Origin: an uncultured Phycisphaerales bacterium
Lineage (GTDB): Bacteria > Planctomycetota > Phycisphaerae > Phycisphaerales > UBA1924
Assembly (NCBI GenBank): GCA_937858155.1
Contig: CALLYM010000160.1
Location: 5,568-69,567, forward strand
Direction: 5' to 3'
DNA length: 64,000 nucleotides
In this document: piece by piece, positions 7,617 through 15,591 of the stretch
Numbering within the stretch: position 1 is the first letter of the stretch
How the letters are laid out: each line of letters starts with the position of its first letter
Notes under the pieces: model-generated
What the model was told of the DNA's origin: nothing
Seen by the model: the letters and a program-made list of their open reading frames with translations, nothing else
Databases searched by the model: none
Translations under genes and position numbers: made by a program

Positions 7617-8954
7617 CTAGTGGCCCCCGCCGCCGCCCCCGCCATGGCCTTCGCCTTTGGCTTCCTTTGGCTTGTCGCCCGGCTTCTTCGTGAGTTTCTC
7701 GTTGACGAGGTACTTGGTGCCGGCTGATGCGATGATGGACTTCTTGGGTTCGGCGGGCTTGGCGGACGCGCCGTGTTCACCCCCTGCCCCTTCTTCTTTT
7801 TTTACCCCGTGCCCTTCTTCCTTCTTGGGCGCGGGCGCGCCTTCGGGAGATTCCACGTGACCACGGGCGGGGGCGTGGGCTTCACTTGCCTTGAGGTCGG
7901 GCTGGGGCAGGCCAGAGTGCGCGAAGTCGAAGGTCTGGTGGCCCTCTCGCGCGGCGTGCGCGGGGCGGAAGTACAGGGCGTACACCCATAGTCCCGCGCC
8001 CAGCAGCAGCGTGTTGAAGGACACGAGCCCTGCGGCACGGATGAGTCCGGGCTTGGACGCAAGCGGTTGCGATGCCAGGCCGATGGCGCGGAGCAGTGGT
8101 GCTTCGATCTTGGTCTTGAAGAAGCCTGGTGGCTTTGGTTTCCGCTCCGGGATGGGCTTGGGATCAGCCTTTGTTTCCGGCTTGGTTGCGGGCTTACTTT
8201 CCGGCCCGGGCCGGTGTTCTGGCTTCTCAATGACGGCGGTGGGCGTTGTTGCTGGAGCTGCAGCGGGCATCGTGGCGGGGACGACCGGCGCGGTTGGCGC
8301 GGCGGGCTCGAGTGCAACGTCCTTCACTGCGGCATCCAGTTTCGCCGCCTCCGCCTCGTCCTTTGCGATAGCGGTTTCGGCAAGGGATGCGACGCGTGCG
8401 TCCACGTCTTCGATAGACGTCGGTGCTGGGGCGGGGGCGGCTTCGCGTGTGCTGGTGGCGTTCGGGGGTGTGGGGGCCTGAGCCGCGGCGATTTCCGGTT
8501 GCACGTGAGTGTTCGCCGCTTCGGCCTCGATCGACTGCTTCACCTGGTTCATGAGGTGTTGCAGCTCGGCCTCCGGGTCGGTCGGCGCCGCTGGCGGCGA
8601 CTCAACGACCGCGGGCTTGGATTGCACCGGTGGCATTTCTTCGAGTGCCGCGGCAGGATCGGGCTCCGGTGATTCGTCCGTCTCGGCAAGGATCGAGTTC
8701 AGTGCGGCGGAATCGTCCGGCGAGGGCGGCGCAGTTTCCTGGGTTTCCGCGGGCTCCGGCTCGGCGGCCAGCTGCTGGGAGAGTTCCGCGGCGGCTTGGT
8801 CCAGTTGCTGGATGGCTACCTCCACACCCGCAACAGGGTCCTGAAACGCCTCGGGCTCGGCCATGATTTTGGCGATTTCCTCCTGCAGGAGCGCCAGCTC
8901 GGGGTCCGGGGCGGGGCCGGGGAGGGTGGGAGCAATATTGGTTGGGTTTGTCAC
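7617..8954 (-). CDS. hypothetical acidic Pro/Ala/Glu-rich protein with one TM segment and a C-terminal Gly7-His tail
   Basis: 445-aa ORF. The composition is low-complexity, with a single hydrophobic helix (LVSFNTLLLGAGLWVYALYF). It ends ...GEGHGGGGGGGH. I recognise no family. Confidence 0.5.
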   Translation of the reverse strand: MTNPTNIAPTLPGPAPDPELALLQEEIAKIMAEPEAFQDPVAGVEVAIQQLDQAAAELSQQLAAEPEPAETQETAPPSPDDSAALNSILAETDESPEPDPAAALEEMPPVQSKPAVVESPPAAPTDPEAELQHLMNQVKQSIEAEAANTHVQPEIAAAQAPTPPNATSTREAAPAPAPTSIEDVDARVASLAETAIAKDEAEAAKLDAAVKDVALEPAAPTAPVVPATMPAAAPATTPTAVIEKPEHRPGPESKPATKPETKADPKPIPERKPKPPGFFKTKIEAPLLRAIGLASQPLASKPGLIRAAGLVSFNTLLLGAGLWVYALYFRPAHAAREGHQTFDFAHSGLPQPDLKASEAHAPARGHVESPEGAPAPKKEEGHGVKKEEGAGGEHGASAKPAEPKKSIIASAGTKYLVNEKLTKKPGDKPKEAKGEGHGGGGGGGH

Positions 8955-9112
8955 CGCCCTGGTCCTCCACGCCGATCGCGCACCGATGCCGCTGCCGCGG
9001 TACGCTCAGTCAGGATGAAACATCGACCGGGCTCTGGAGGCACTGGAGGGTCGGGTGCTGAGGGGGCGGACCACACGGTGCAGACGGCATAAACGGACCC
9101 TCGGATTCCCCA

Positions 9113-9871
9113 ATGCACGTGATCTACCAGCCGCAAGTCGACGCCCCCTGTGAGGACTCCCGGAGCACCCGGGTGACCACGATCGAGGGGGACGAGGCGC
9201 GGCATGCGGTGCGCGTGAAGCGGCTGGAAGTGGGGGACGGCGTGCTGGTGCTGAACGGCCGTGGGCTTGAGATGAGTGCGACCGTCGCGGGGGTGCGGAA
9301 AGAGCGGGGGCGCGGCGATGGTGACTGGGTGATGGACCTGCGAGTCGACGCGGCTCGGGTGGTGCCACGGACTCGCCCTTCGCTCCGCGTTTTTTCGGGG
9401 GTGCCTAAGGGGGATCGGCTTGAGCAGATGGTCGATGGGCTCAGCCAAGTGGGCACAGCGGCGTGGTGTCCGCTCATGAGCGGGCGGAGCATCGTGGACC
9501 GTGGCGAGGGGAAGATCGACCGTCTGCGGCGCGTGTGTGAAGAGTCGCTGAAGCAGTGCGGGCGGGCGTGGTTGATGGAGGTCGCGGAGCGCGTGGTGTA
9601 TTGCGACGCGATCCTCGCTGCGGGGGGCGGGGGGGGCGAGGTTGTGATCGCCGACGCGTCGGGCGGGGAGTACCACCCGGGTGGCGCGGACTCGGTCGCT
9701 CTCTTCGTCGGTCCCGAGGGCGGGTTTACACCGGAGGAGGTCGAACAGGCTCGCGCGGCGGGGGCGCGGGTGTGCTCATTCGGCGTGCACACGATGCGCG
9801 TGGAAGTCGCCGCGGTGGTGGGCGCCGCGGCGGTGATGGGGGCGTCCATCAGAAGCAGGGGCCACCGCTGA
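9113..9871 (+). CDS. rsmE: 16S rRNA (uracil1498-N3)-methyltransferase RsmE
   Basis: N-terminal PUA-like region (EGDEARHAVRVKRLEVGDGVLVLNGRG) and a C-terminal SPOUT motif (LFVGPEGGFTPEEV...GARVCSFGVHTMRVEVAA). Confidence 0.85.
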   Translation: MHVIYQPQVDAPCEDSRSTRVTTIEGDEARHAVRVKRLEVGDGVLVLNGRGLEMSATVAGVRKERGRGDGDWVMDLRVDAARVVPRTRPSLRVFSGVPKGDRLEQMVDGLSQVGTAAWCPLMSGRSIVDRGEGKIDRLRRVCEESLKQCGRAWLMEVAERVVYCDAILAAGGGGGEVVIADASGGEYHPGGADSVALFVGPEGGFTPEEVEQARAAGARVCSFGVHTMRVEVAAVVGAAAVMGASIRSRGHR

Positions 9872-12245
9872 AGACGCTCAGCAGGGAGTCGATATCGGTG
9901 GTGTCGGGGAACAGGCTGTCGTTGTTGAAGTCGATGTCCTGGCAGCCCGGAGCCGGGTCGGTGGAGCACGGCCCCCCGCTGAACACGCTCAGGAAGTCGT
10001 CGATGTCGGCGGTATCGGGGAACAAGCCGTCCTGGTTGAAGTCGATCGAATCGCACGCGGAGCAGCCCGGTGGGGTTGTGAACTGCGCGAAGTGCGCGGA
10101 CCCCAGTCCCCCTGCGGTAAAAAAAAGCCCGGCCGCGTAGATGTTGTCATCGGCGGGTGCAGCAAGGGCAAACACGGTGGGCGCAAGGAGGCCCGCGTTC
10201 TGGATTCCCGGGCCGATGGGTCCCCAGCTTGTTCCGTTCCAGCGGGCGATGCGCGCCGTGGGCGTCGCGCCCGAGGCATTGAAGAGGCCGCCCGCGAGGA
10301 CGTCTCCGTTCGGCGTGGACGCGAGCGCCCGGACCGTGCCGTCAAACCCCGGGCCCATCGCGGTCCAGGACGAACCGTTCCACCGCGCCACACGTGACAC
10401 CACGAGTGCGCCGGTGGTGGTGAATGCGCCGCCGGCGACTATGTCGGTGTTGCTCCGGGGCAGTATGGCGTACACCGTGTCTCCTAGTCCAGAGCCGAAG
10501 TTGCTCCAGGAAGATCCGTTCCACCGGGCGATGTGGTCGGCGGGGCCTCCTCCGGCGGTTATGAAGTTTCCGCCCGCGATCACGTCGCCGTTGGGGAGCG
10601 CCGCGAGAGCGGTGACCTGTGCGCTCACGCCGGAGCCGAGGGGTGTCCATGTCGAACCGTCCCAGCGCCCGATGAATGAGAGCGGCGTGCCGCTCGCGGT
10701 TGCGCTGAACGCGCCGCCCGCGATGAGGCTGCCGTCCGGGCGTGCAAGGAGCGCGAACGTATCCGCGTTTAGTCCCGGGCCAAGTGCGTTCCACGCCGTG
10801 CCGTCCCATCGTGCGACACGGATGATGCTGGTCGGACCCGAGGCGGTGAATCGTCCAGCGGCCGCGACATCGCCGTTGGACATGGCTGCGAGCGCAAGGA
10901 CAATTTCAGAGTTGGCGGTGACGCCCAGGCCCTGGCCGAGGGCCGTCCACGTGGAGCCGTTGAATCGTGCCACGCGGACTGCAGCGGTGCCTGAAGGGGT
11001 GTTCCTGAATGTGCCGCCTACTACGTATTCTCCGTTGGGGAGGGGAAGGATGGCCGAGACAGATCCGCTGAACCCGGGTTCAGTGCTATTCCAGGCCGTT
11101 CCGTTCCACCGCGCGATGTTGTTCGCACCGACGCCCCCCGCGAGGGCAAAGGAACCGCCGGCGAGCACGTCGCCCGAGGGCATGGTGAGGACCGCCAATG
11201 CCCCTTCCGAACTCGTCACTCCAAGCCCTGTCGTCAGGGAGTTCCAAGCGGCGCCGTCCCATCGTGCGATTGCCTTGCGGCTGATTCCTCCCGCCGAGGT
11301 AAACAGCCCCCCGACAACCAGGTTGCCGTTGCTGAGCTGAGCAATCCCGCGGACTTGGCCGCCCGCTGCGCCCGCACCGAGGGGTGACCATGTCGTGCCA
11401 TTCCCTACCGCCACGTTGTTGGCGAGCGTGCCGCCGATATTCGTGAAGACACCGCCCACCGCAACGTTGCCGCCGGAGAGCGCGAGGATGGTGAAGATTG
11501 TGTTTGTGTTCGTTACGGAGTTCATGGATGACCACGCGGAGCCGTTCCAGCGTGCAATTCCACGGGAGCTGACGCCACCGGCGGTGGAAAATGCACCGCC
11601 TACGGCGAGGTCGCCGGTGGACATCACGGCGAGCGCGTACACCACGGTGTTGGTCCCGGTCGCGAGGGGAGACCAGGCGGAACCATCCCAGCGGGCGATG
11701 TTGGACGCGGAGACTCCACCCGCGGTAGTAAACAGCCCGCCCGCGATCACGTCACCGTTCGACATGACGGCGAGCGCATTGACATCGCCGTTCATGCCGG
11801 TGCCCATGGGCTGCCACACGGAGCCGTTCCAGCGGGCGACGTGGTTGACGACGGTTGCGCCCGAGAGCGTGAACGTGCCGCCCGCGACAAGTTCGCCATT
11901 GGGCAGCCCGACAAGCGCATTGACGCCGCCGTCGCTGGGGCCGGGGACGAACCCGGCGCCGAGCGCCGCCCATTGACCGGTGGCGGGGTCGTAGGAAGCG
12001 ACGCGGGAGGCGACACCCACTGTGCCCGCGGCATTGATGCGACCACCAACGGCGACGATCGGTGGGTTGGGGCCCGGGCCGTCTGGGTCCCATATGCACA
12101 TGGCCTGCACCATGCCGTCGGCGCCGGAAAGTCCTGCGCCGGGGAGCCATTGGGGGTCGCACTGGGCGCGCGCATTGGGCGCGGAGAGGATCGTGCTGAC
12201 AAGTACTGCGCACACCGAGTGAGTTCGTGTGGTGGTGCGATGCAT
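9849..12245 (-). CDS. large secreted beta-propeller-type repeat protein (~13 repeats of ~55-60 aa) with two C-terminal dockerin/EF-hand-like modules
   Basis: Signal peptide MHRTTTRTHSVCAVLVSTILSAPNARA, with GGAGG 8 nt upstream of ATG 12245. The repeated motif is GG.FT.AGG..A..IARW(N/D)GS.W..LG.G (ARWNGS/ARWDGS about 11 times). The C-terminus carries 2 x C-x-IDFN(Q/N)D(G/S)LFPDT.DID..LSVFSGGPC. Confidence 0.8.
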   Translation of the reverse strand: MHRTTTRTHSVCAVLVSTILSAPNARAQCDPQWLPGAGLSGADGMVQAMCIWDPDGPGPNPPIVAVGGRINAAGTVGVASRVASYDPATGQWAALGAGFVPGPSDGGVNALVGLPNGELVAGGTFTLSGATVVNHVARWNGSVWQPMGTGMNGDVNALAVMSNGDVIAGGLFTTAGGVSASNIARWDGSAWSPLATGTNTVVYALAVMSTGDLAVGGAFSTAGGVSSRGIARWNGSAWSSMNSVTNTNTIFTILALSGGNVAVGGVFTNIGGTLANNVAVGNGTTWSPLGAGAAGGQVRGIAQLSNGNLVVGGLFTSAGGISRKAIARWDGAAWNSLTTGLGVTSSEGALAVLTMPSGDVLAGGSFALAGGVGANNIARWNGTAWNSTEPGFSGSVSAILPLPNGEYVVGGTFRNTPSGTAAVRVARFNGSTWTALGQGLGVTANSEIVLALAAMSNGDVAAAGRFTASGPTSIIRVARWDGTAWNALGPGLNADTFALLARPDGSLIAGGAFSATASGTPLSFIGRWDGSTWTPLGSGVSAQVTALAALPNGDVIAGGNFITAGGGPADHIARWNGSSWSNFGSGLGDTVYAILPRSNTDIVAGGAFTTTGALVVSRVARWNGSSWTAMGPGFDGTVRALASTPNGDVLAGGLFNASGATPTARIARWNGTSWGPIGPGIQNAGLLAPTVFALAAPADDNIYAAGLFFTAGGLGSAHFAQFTTPPGCSACDSIDFNQDGLFPDTADIDDFLSVFSGGPCSTDPAPGCQDIDFNNDSLFPDTTDIDSLLSVFSGGPCF

Positions 12246-12425
12246 GGCCGGTGCCTCCATTGGGAAGTCGCGAAAGTGCTGCGTGTTCCAGGTAAAAGCG
12301 GGGTTCCTGGGCGCAGCACGACACGAAATTGCTGCGTTATCGGCTGTGCCGCAGAGGGCAGTCCTGGGCTCCAAGGCCTTGCTCCCGTCCCAACACGCTC
12401 ACTCTCGTCCTTCGCGGAATGGGAT

Positions 12426-13025
12426 TCAAAGGCCAGCCTCAATCCCTTCCACAAAGATGTGGAGGATGAGCATGTGCAGTTCCTGGATGCGGTCGCTGGT
12501 GGAGCCTGGGACGGTGATGGGCGTGTCGCACGCGCCGGATTGGCCCAGTTGCCCGCCGCCCTTGCCCAGGAGCGCGATGGTGCGGACCCCTTTGGCTTTC
12601 GCCGCGGCGGCGGCCTTGACGCAGTTTGGAGAGTTGCCGCTGGTGGAGAGGATGATGAGCACGTCGCCTGACTGCCCTATCGCCTCGACCCAGCGGGAGA
12701 AGACGAACTCAAAGCCGTAGTCGTTGGCGACGCAGGTAAGGTGGCCCGGGTCGTTGCAGGCGAGGGCGGGGATTGGGCGGCGGTCGGCGCGGAAGCGGCC
12801 GGTCAATTCTTCCGCGAAGTGGGCGGCATCGCACATGCTGCCGCCGTTGCCGACGATGAGGATCTTGTGGCCATCGCGGATGCAGCTGGAGAGCGCGGCG
12901 ATGGCGGTGTCGATCCGTGCGAGGGTTTGGGCATCGGCGAGCAGGGTTCCGAGCGCACGCTGGCCTTCGGCGAGCGAATCTCGGCATGAAAACGCGCGGT
13001 GCGTGGAGGGCGAGCGGTCGCTCAT
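12426..13025 (-). CDS. gmhA: D-sedoheptulose-7-phosphate isomerase (SIS domain, GmhA)
   Basis: ILIVGNGGSMCDAAHFAEEL, VLIILSTSGNSPN and ...SDRIQELHMLILHI are typical of GmhA. The start ATG 13023-13025 overlaps the upstream stop (ATGA). The track extension to 13196 is Arg-rich and overlaps the upstream gene. Confidence 0.85.
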   Translation of the reverse strand: MSDRSPSTHRAFSCRDSLAEGQRALGTLLADAQTLARIDTAIAALSSCIRDGHKILIVGNGGSMCDAAHFAEELTGRFRADRRPIPALACNDPGHLTCVANDYGFEFVFSRWVEAIGQSGDVLIILSTSGNSPNCVKAAAAAKAKGVRTIALLGKGGGQLGQSGACDTPITVPGSTSDRIQELHMLILHIFVEGIEAGL

Positions 13026-14245
13026 GTACCCTCCTGCGGTGTATCCACATGAGGCGCCGCCGGTGGGTCGTCGGGTGTCTCTTCTTTTGGCGGCAGGGTT
13101 GCCCGCCACTTCGCGTCGAGATCGGCAAAGGGCATACCGAGCACGTCGGTGGTCGCCTGGTCGAGCGACGCGCCCTGGGACATCGCCCGCATCCACGCGT
13201 TGCGCTTGACTGGCGTGAACGTGTCGGTGATGTACGCGAGCATCGCGTGGCCCTGCGTGTAGACCCGGCCCATGAGTTTGTCGGGGACCTTCTCAAAGTC
13301 CGCGAGGTCGTCCCACGCGGCAAGGGTGCCTGCTTTCGACCAGCGTTCGACGCCGGCCATTGCGCGTTCGCGGGCCTTTTCGCTCACCTGCTCGGTCATG
13401 AGGTCCGCGACACCCTCCAATATCCACCACGGCATGTCGTTGGACTTTGGCCCGAGTTCGAACGTGGCGCAGTGGCCGTATTCGTGCGCGAGCAGCGAGC
13501 GGAAGCGAGCGGGGGTGGGGGCACTGCGTCCGGGGAGGATCTTGAGCGGTTCACCCGGCTCGTTCCACCCCGACAGCCCGTCCTCGTACGACAGGCAGAT
13601 GGACTGTTGCAGGTGCCTCATGCTCGCGTAGAGTTTGATCGTCTTGGTGCGTTTGGGGAAGTCTGTGGCGTTCAGCTCAAACGCTGCCTCGACCCCTGCG
13701 CGGACGCTGGTGAACGCCTCTGTTGCTGCTGCGGCTGCATCGTCCAGTCCCTCGTCGAACAGCACCAGCACGCCCGGCTGCTCGTGCTTGTGCCACTTTT
13801 CGCCGGCGTACTTCCATGAGCCGCTCATTTTTTCGAACTGCGCGGGGAAGGAAACGGTGCGCTCCTTAGCCTCCTTGCCCTCTTCGCCCTGTGTCTGCGT
13901 CCATGTCCAGGTGATGGTCGCGGATGCGGAGCCGTTGTGCACTTCCAGGGTGGCAGGGTCAAGCGTGATGGAGAGTTCCTTCGTTGCTTTGCCCGGTTTG
14001 GCGAAGTCTTTGGCGAAGTAGGTCTGCTCGGCGAGGTATTCCGTGTCGGCGTGGGAGACGTGGGCGAGGTAGCCTTCGACGTCCTGCGCCAGCACAGCGC
14101 TCTTCATCCCGGCGAAGAGTGCTCCGAGGTCACGCTGGACGTCGGCGGCGGACGCGCCCTCTGCAGCCTGGGGGAACGCGGATGCAGAGGAGGCCGGGAC
14201 GAGTGCGAACAACGCGGCGCAGATCAGGGCACGGGTGGTGCGCAT
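13022..14245 (-). CDS. secreted putative zinc metallopeptidase (HExxH...EG, MA-clan-like), family not identified
   Basis: Signal peptide MRTTRALICAALFALVPASSASA. Motif LLAHEYGHCATFELGPKSNDMPWWILEGVADLM. The same HE(Y/F)xH-x13-PxWIxEGxAxL signature is present in the 29906-31462 product. Confidence 0.7.
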   Translation of the reverse strand: MRTTRALICAALFALVPASSASAFPQAAEGASAADVQRDLGALFAGMKSAVLAQDVEGYLAHVSHADTEYLAEQTYFAKDFAKPGKATKELSITLDPATLEVHNGSASATITWTWTQTQGEEGKEAKERTVSFPAQFEKMSGSWKYAGEKWHKHEQPGVLVLFDEGLDDAAAAATEAFTSVRAGVEAAFELNATDFPKRTKTIKLYASMRHLQQSICLSYEDGLSGWNEPGEPLKILPGRSAPTPARFRSLLAHEYGHCATFELGPKSNDMPWWILEGVADLMTEQVSEKARERAMAGVERWSKAGTLAAWDDLADFEKVPDKLMGRVYTQGHAMLAYITDTFTPVKRNAWMRAMSQGASLDQATTDVLGMPFADLDAKWRATLPPKEETPDDPPAAPHVDTPQEGT

Positions 14246-14285
14246 CGTCCAGTGTAATCCGGCCCGCACGCGTACGTACGGGGCA

Positions 14286-14558
14286 TCATTCCTCGTCAAA
14301 CCCGGAATCCACCAACGCCTTGAGGGCGGCGGCGGCCTTGGATGAGTCGGCGCCCTCGCAGGTGATTTCCAGCACGCTCCCCTGGCTGGCGGCGAGCATC
14401 ATGACCTCCATGATGGACTTGCCGTTCACCTCGGTGTCGTCCTTTTTCACGCGCACCTCGCAGGAGAACGTCGCGGCCATGTCGACGAACGACATCGCGG
14501 GCCGGGCGTGCAGGCCCAGGCGGTTGATGACGGTGGCATGGACGGTCGTGGTGGGCAT
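14286..14558 (-). CDS. ptsH: phosphocarrier protein HPr/NPr
   Basis: 90 aa. VINRLGLHARPAMSFV carries the active-site His. NGKSIMEVMMLAASQGSVLEI is typical of HPr. Confidence 0.9.
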   Translation of the reverse strand: MPTTTVHATVINRLGLHARPAMSFVDMAATFSCEVRVKKDDTEVNGKSIMEVMMLAASQGSVLEITCEGADSSKAAAALKALVDSGFDEE

Positions 14559-14573
14559 CTCGTGGTTTGCGGC

Positions 14574-15053
14574 TTACACCAGGTGTGCATCTTCTGTCGT
14601 GGCGAGCAGAGCGCGCACCTGCTGTTCGCTGGAAGCGGCGCGGAGCGCGCGGCGGAACGCTTCCTTGCTGACGTGGTGCCGGAAGATCGCGTCCATCGCG
14701 GAAAGGTGATCCTCGGGGCGGTCGTCGGGGCTCACGAGCAGGAAGACGCAGTAGACGGGTTGGCGGTCGAGCGAAGAAAAGTCCAGGCCGCGAGAAGAAA
14801 CGCCGATCGCGGCGGCCATTCTTGTAATTCCCGCGTGCTTGGCGTGCGGCACGGCGACGCCGCAGCCAAAGCCGGTAGACGCCTTGTTCTCGCGGTCGAT
14901 CACGCGTTTGGCAACTTCTTTTTCCAGCGGCGCAGGTATCGCGCCGGTGTGGGCCAGGGCCGCGACGAGTTCGCGGACGGCGCCCTCACGGTCGCCGGAC
15001 GCGAGCGGCACGATGATTCCACCGGGCGGGATGATGTCGGCGAGTCTGAACAT
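14574..15053 (-). CDS. ptsN: PTS IIA-like nitrogen regulatory protein PtsN (EIIA-Ntr)
   Basis: REGAVRELV...VIDRENKASTGFGCGVAVPHAKH is a PTS EIIA type-2 signature with the phosphorylatable His. It lies between hpf and ptsH, as in rpoN-region operons. Confidence 0.85.
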   Translation of the reverse strand: MFRLADIIPPGGIIVPLASGDREGAVRELVAALAHTGAIPAPLEKEVAKRVIDRENKASTGFGCGVAVPHAKHAGITRMAAAIGVSSRGLDFSSLDRQPVYCVFLLVSPDDRPEDHLSAMDAIFRHHVSKEAFRRALRAASSEQQVRALLATTEDAHLV

Positions 15054-15095
15054 GGGGCGTCGTGCGCGCTGGGTGGGGCGACGTGGTGCCTGGGG

Positions 15096-15398
15096 TCAAC
15101 GCTTCTTGACTTGTTCCTTGAATTCACGGAGGTGACGTTCCCCCTTTTCGCACACGACATCCACCGCGGCGTAGGGGTCCTTGGCGGTGGCGTGGGAGAC
15201 AAAGTCCTTGTGACCGACCACGTTCAGCACAAGCTCGGCGGTGTAGTCTGTCGTGTGGTGCCCGTTGGCCTTGGAGATTGTCACGGTGATCGACTGAAGA
15301 CCGTCAAAGTACTTGGGGAGTTTGGCAGCCTTGGTGTCGGCGTATTGACGGATGGCATCCGTCACTTCCACATTGCGTCCGACGATGTCGATGCGCAT
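15096..15398 (-). CDS. hpf: ribosome hibernation promoting factor (HPF/RaiA, short form)
   Basis: MRIDIVGRNVEVTDAIRQYADTKAAKLPKYFD... is a classic HPF N-terminus. AAGGAAG lies upstream of ATG 15396-15398. The longer track ORF runs into the tRNA terminator. Confidence 0.9.
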   Translation of the reverse strand: MRIDIVGRNVEVTDAIRQYADTKAAKLPKYFDGLQSITVTISKANGHHTTDYTAELVLNVVGHKDFVSHATAKDPYAAVDVVCEKGERHLREFKEQVKKR

Positions 15399-15523
15399 GG
15401 CACTTCCTTGATGAAGGGGAGGAAAGGAGTCCGAACACAATCCGACCTCGCGTCGGTGCGAGGCACGGCAAATCATGATACGGAGCCAGCGGCAGAGGAC
15501 GCAAGACGGGCGGCTGCGGCGTT

Positions 15524-15562
15524 CAAAAACGAACCGGGACGCACCCAAAGGGCCGCGTCCCG
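15524..15562 (-). terminator. intrinsic terminator downstream of tRNA-Ile
   Basis: The minus strand reads CGGGACGC-(12 nt)-GCGTCCCG followed by GTTCGTTTTTG. The stem is 8 bp, perfect and GC-rich, with a T-run. Confidence 0.6.
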
Positions 15563-15591
15563 CATCGTCCGGCAGCACCGGATTCACTAAA

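Noticed and set aside
9621-9636. G6-C-G8 tract inside rsmE (encoding AAGGGGGE) as a possible slippage site.
   Set aside because: The frame is intact and the downstream SPOUT motifs are in frame. The Gly run lies in a variable loop. There is no evidence for variation, so it is only noted.
15399-15523. Possible sigma54 (-24/-12) promoter upstream of hpf, as expected for an rpoN-region operon, and a TGGCAAGGTCTTCTGA sequence upstream of pilM (about 24790-24810).
   Set aside because: Neither matches GG-N10-GC spacing. Upstream of hpf, TGGC and TTGC are 16 nt apart. Upstream of pilM, the -12 element reads TCTG instead of TTGC.
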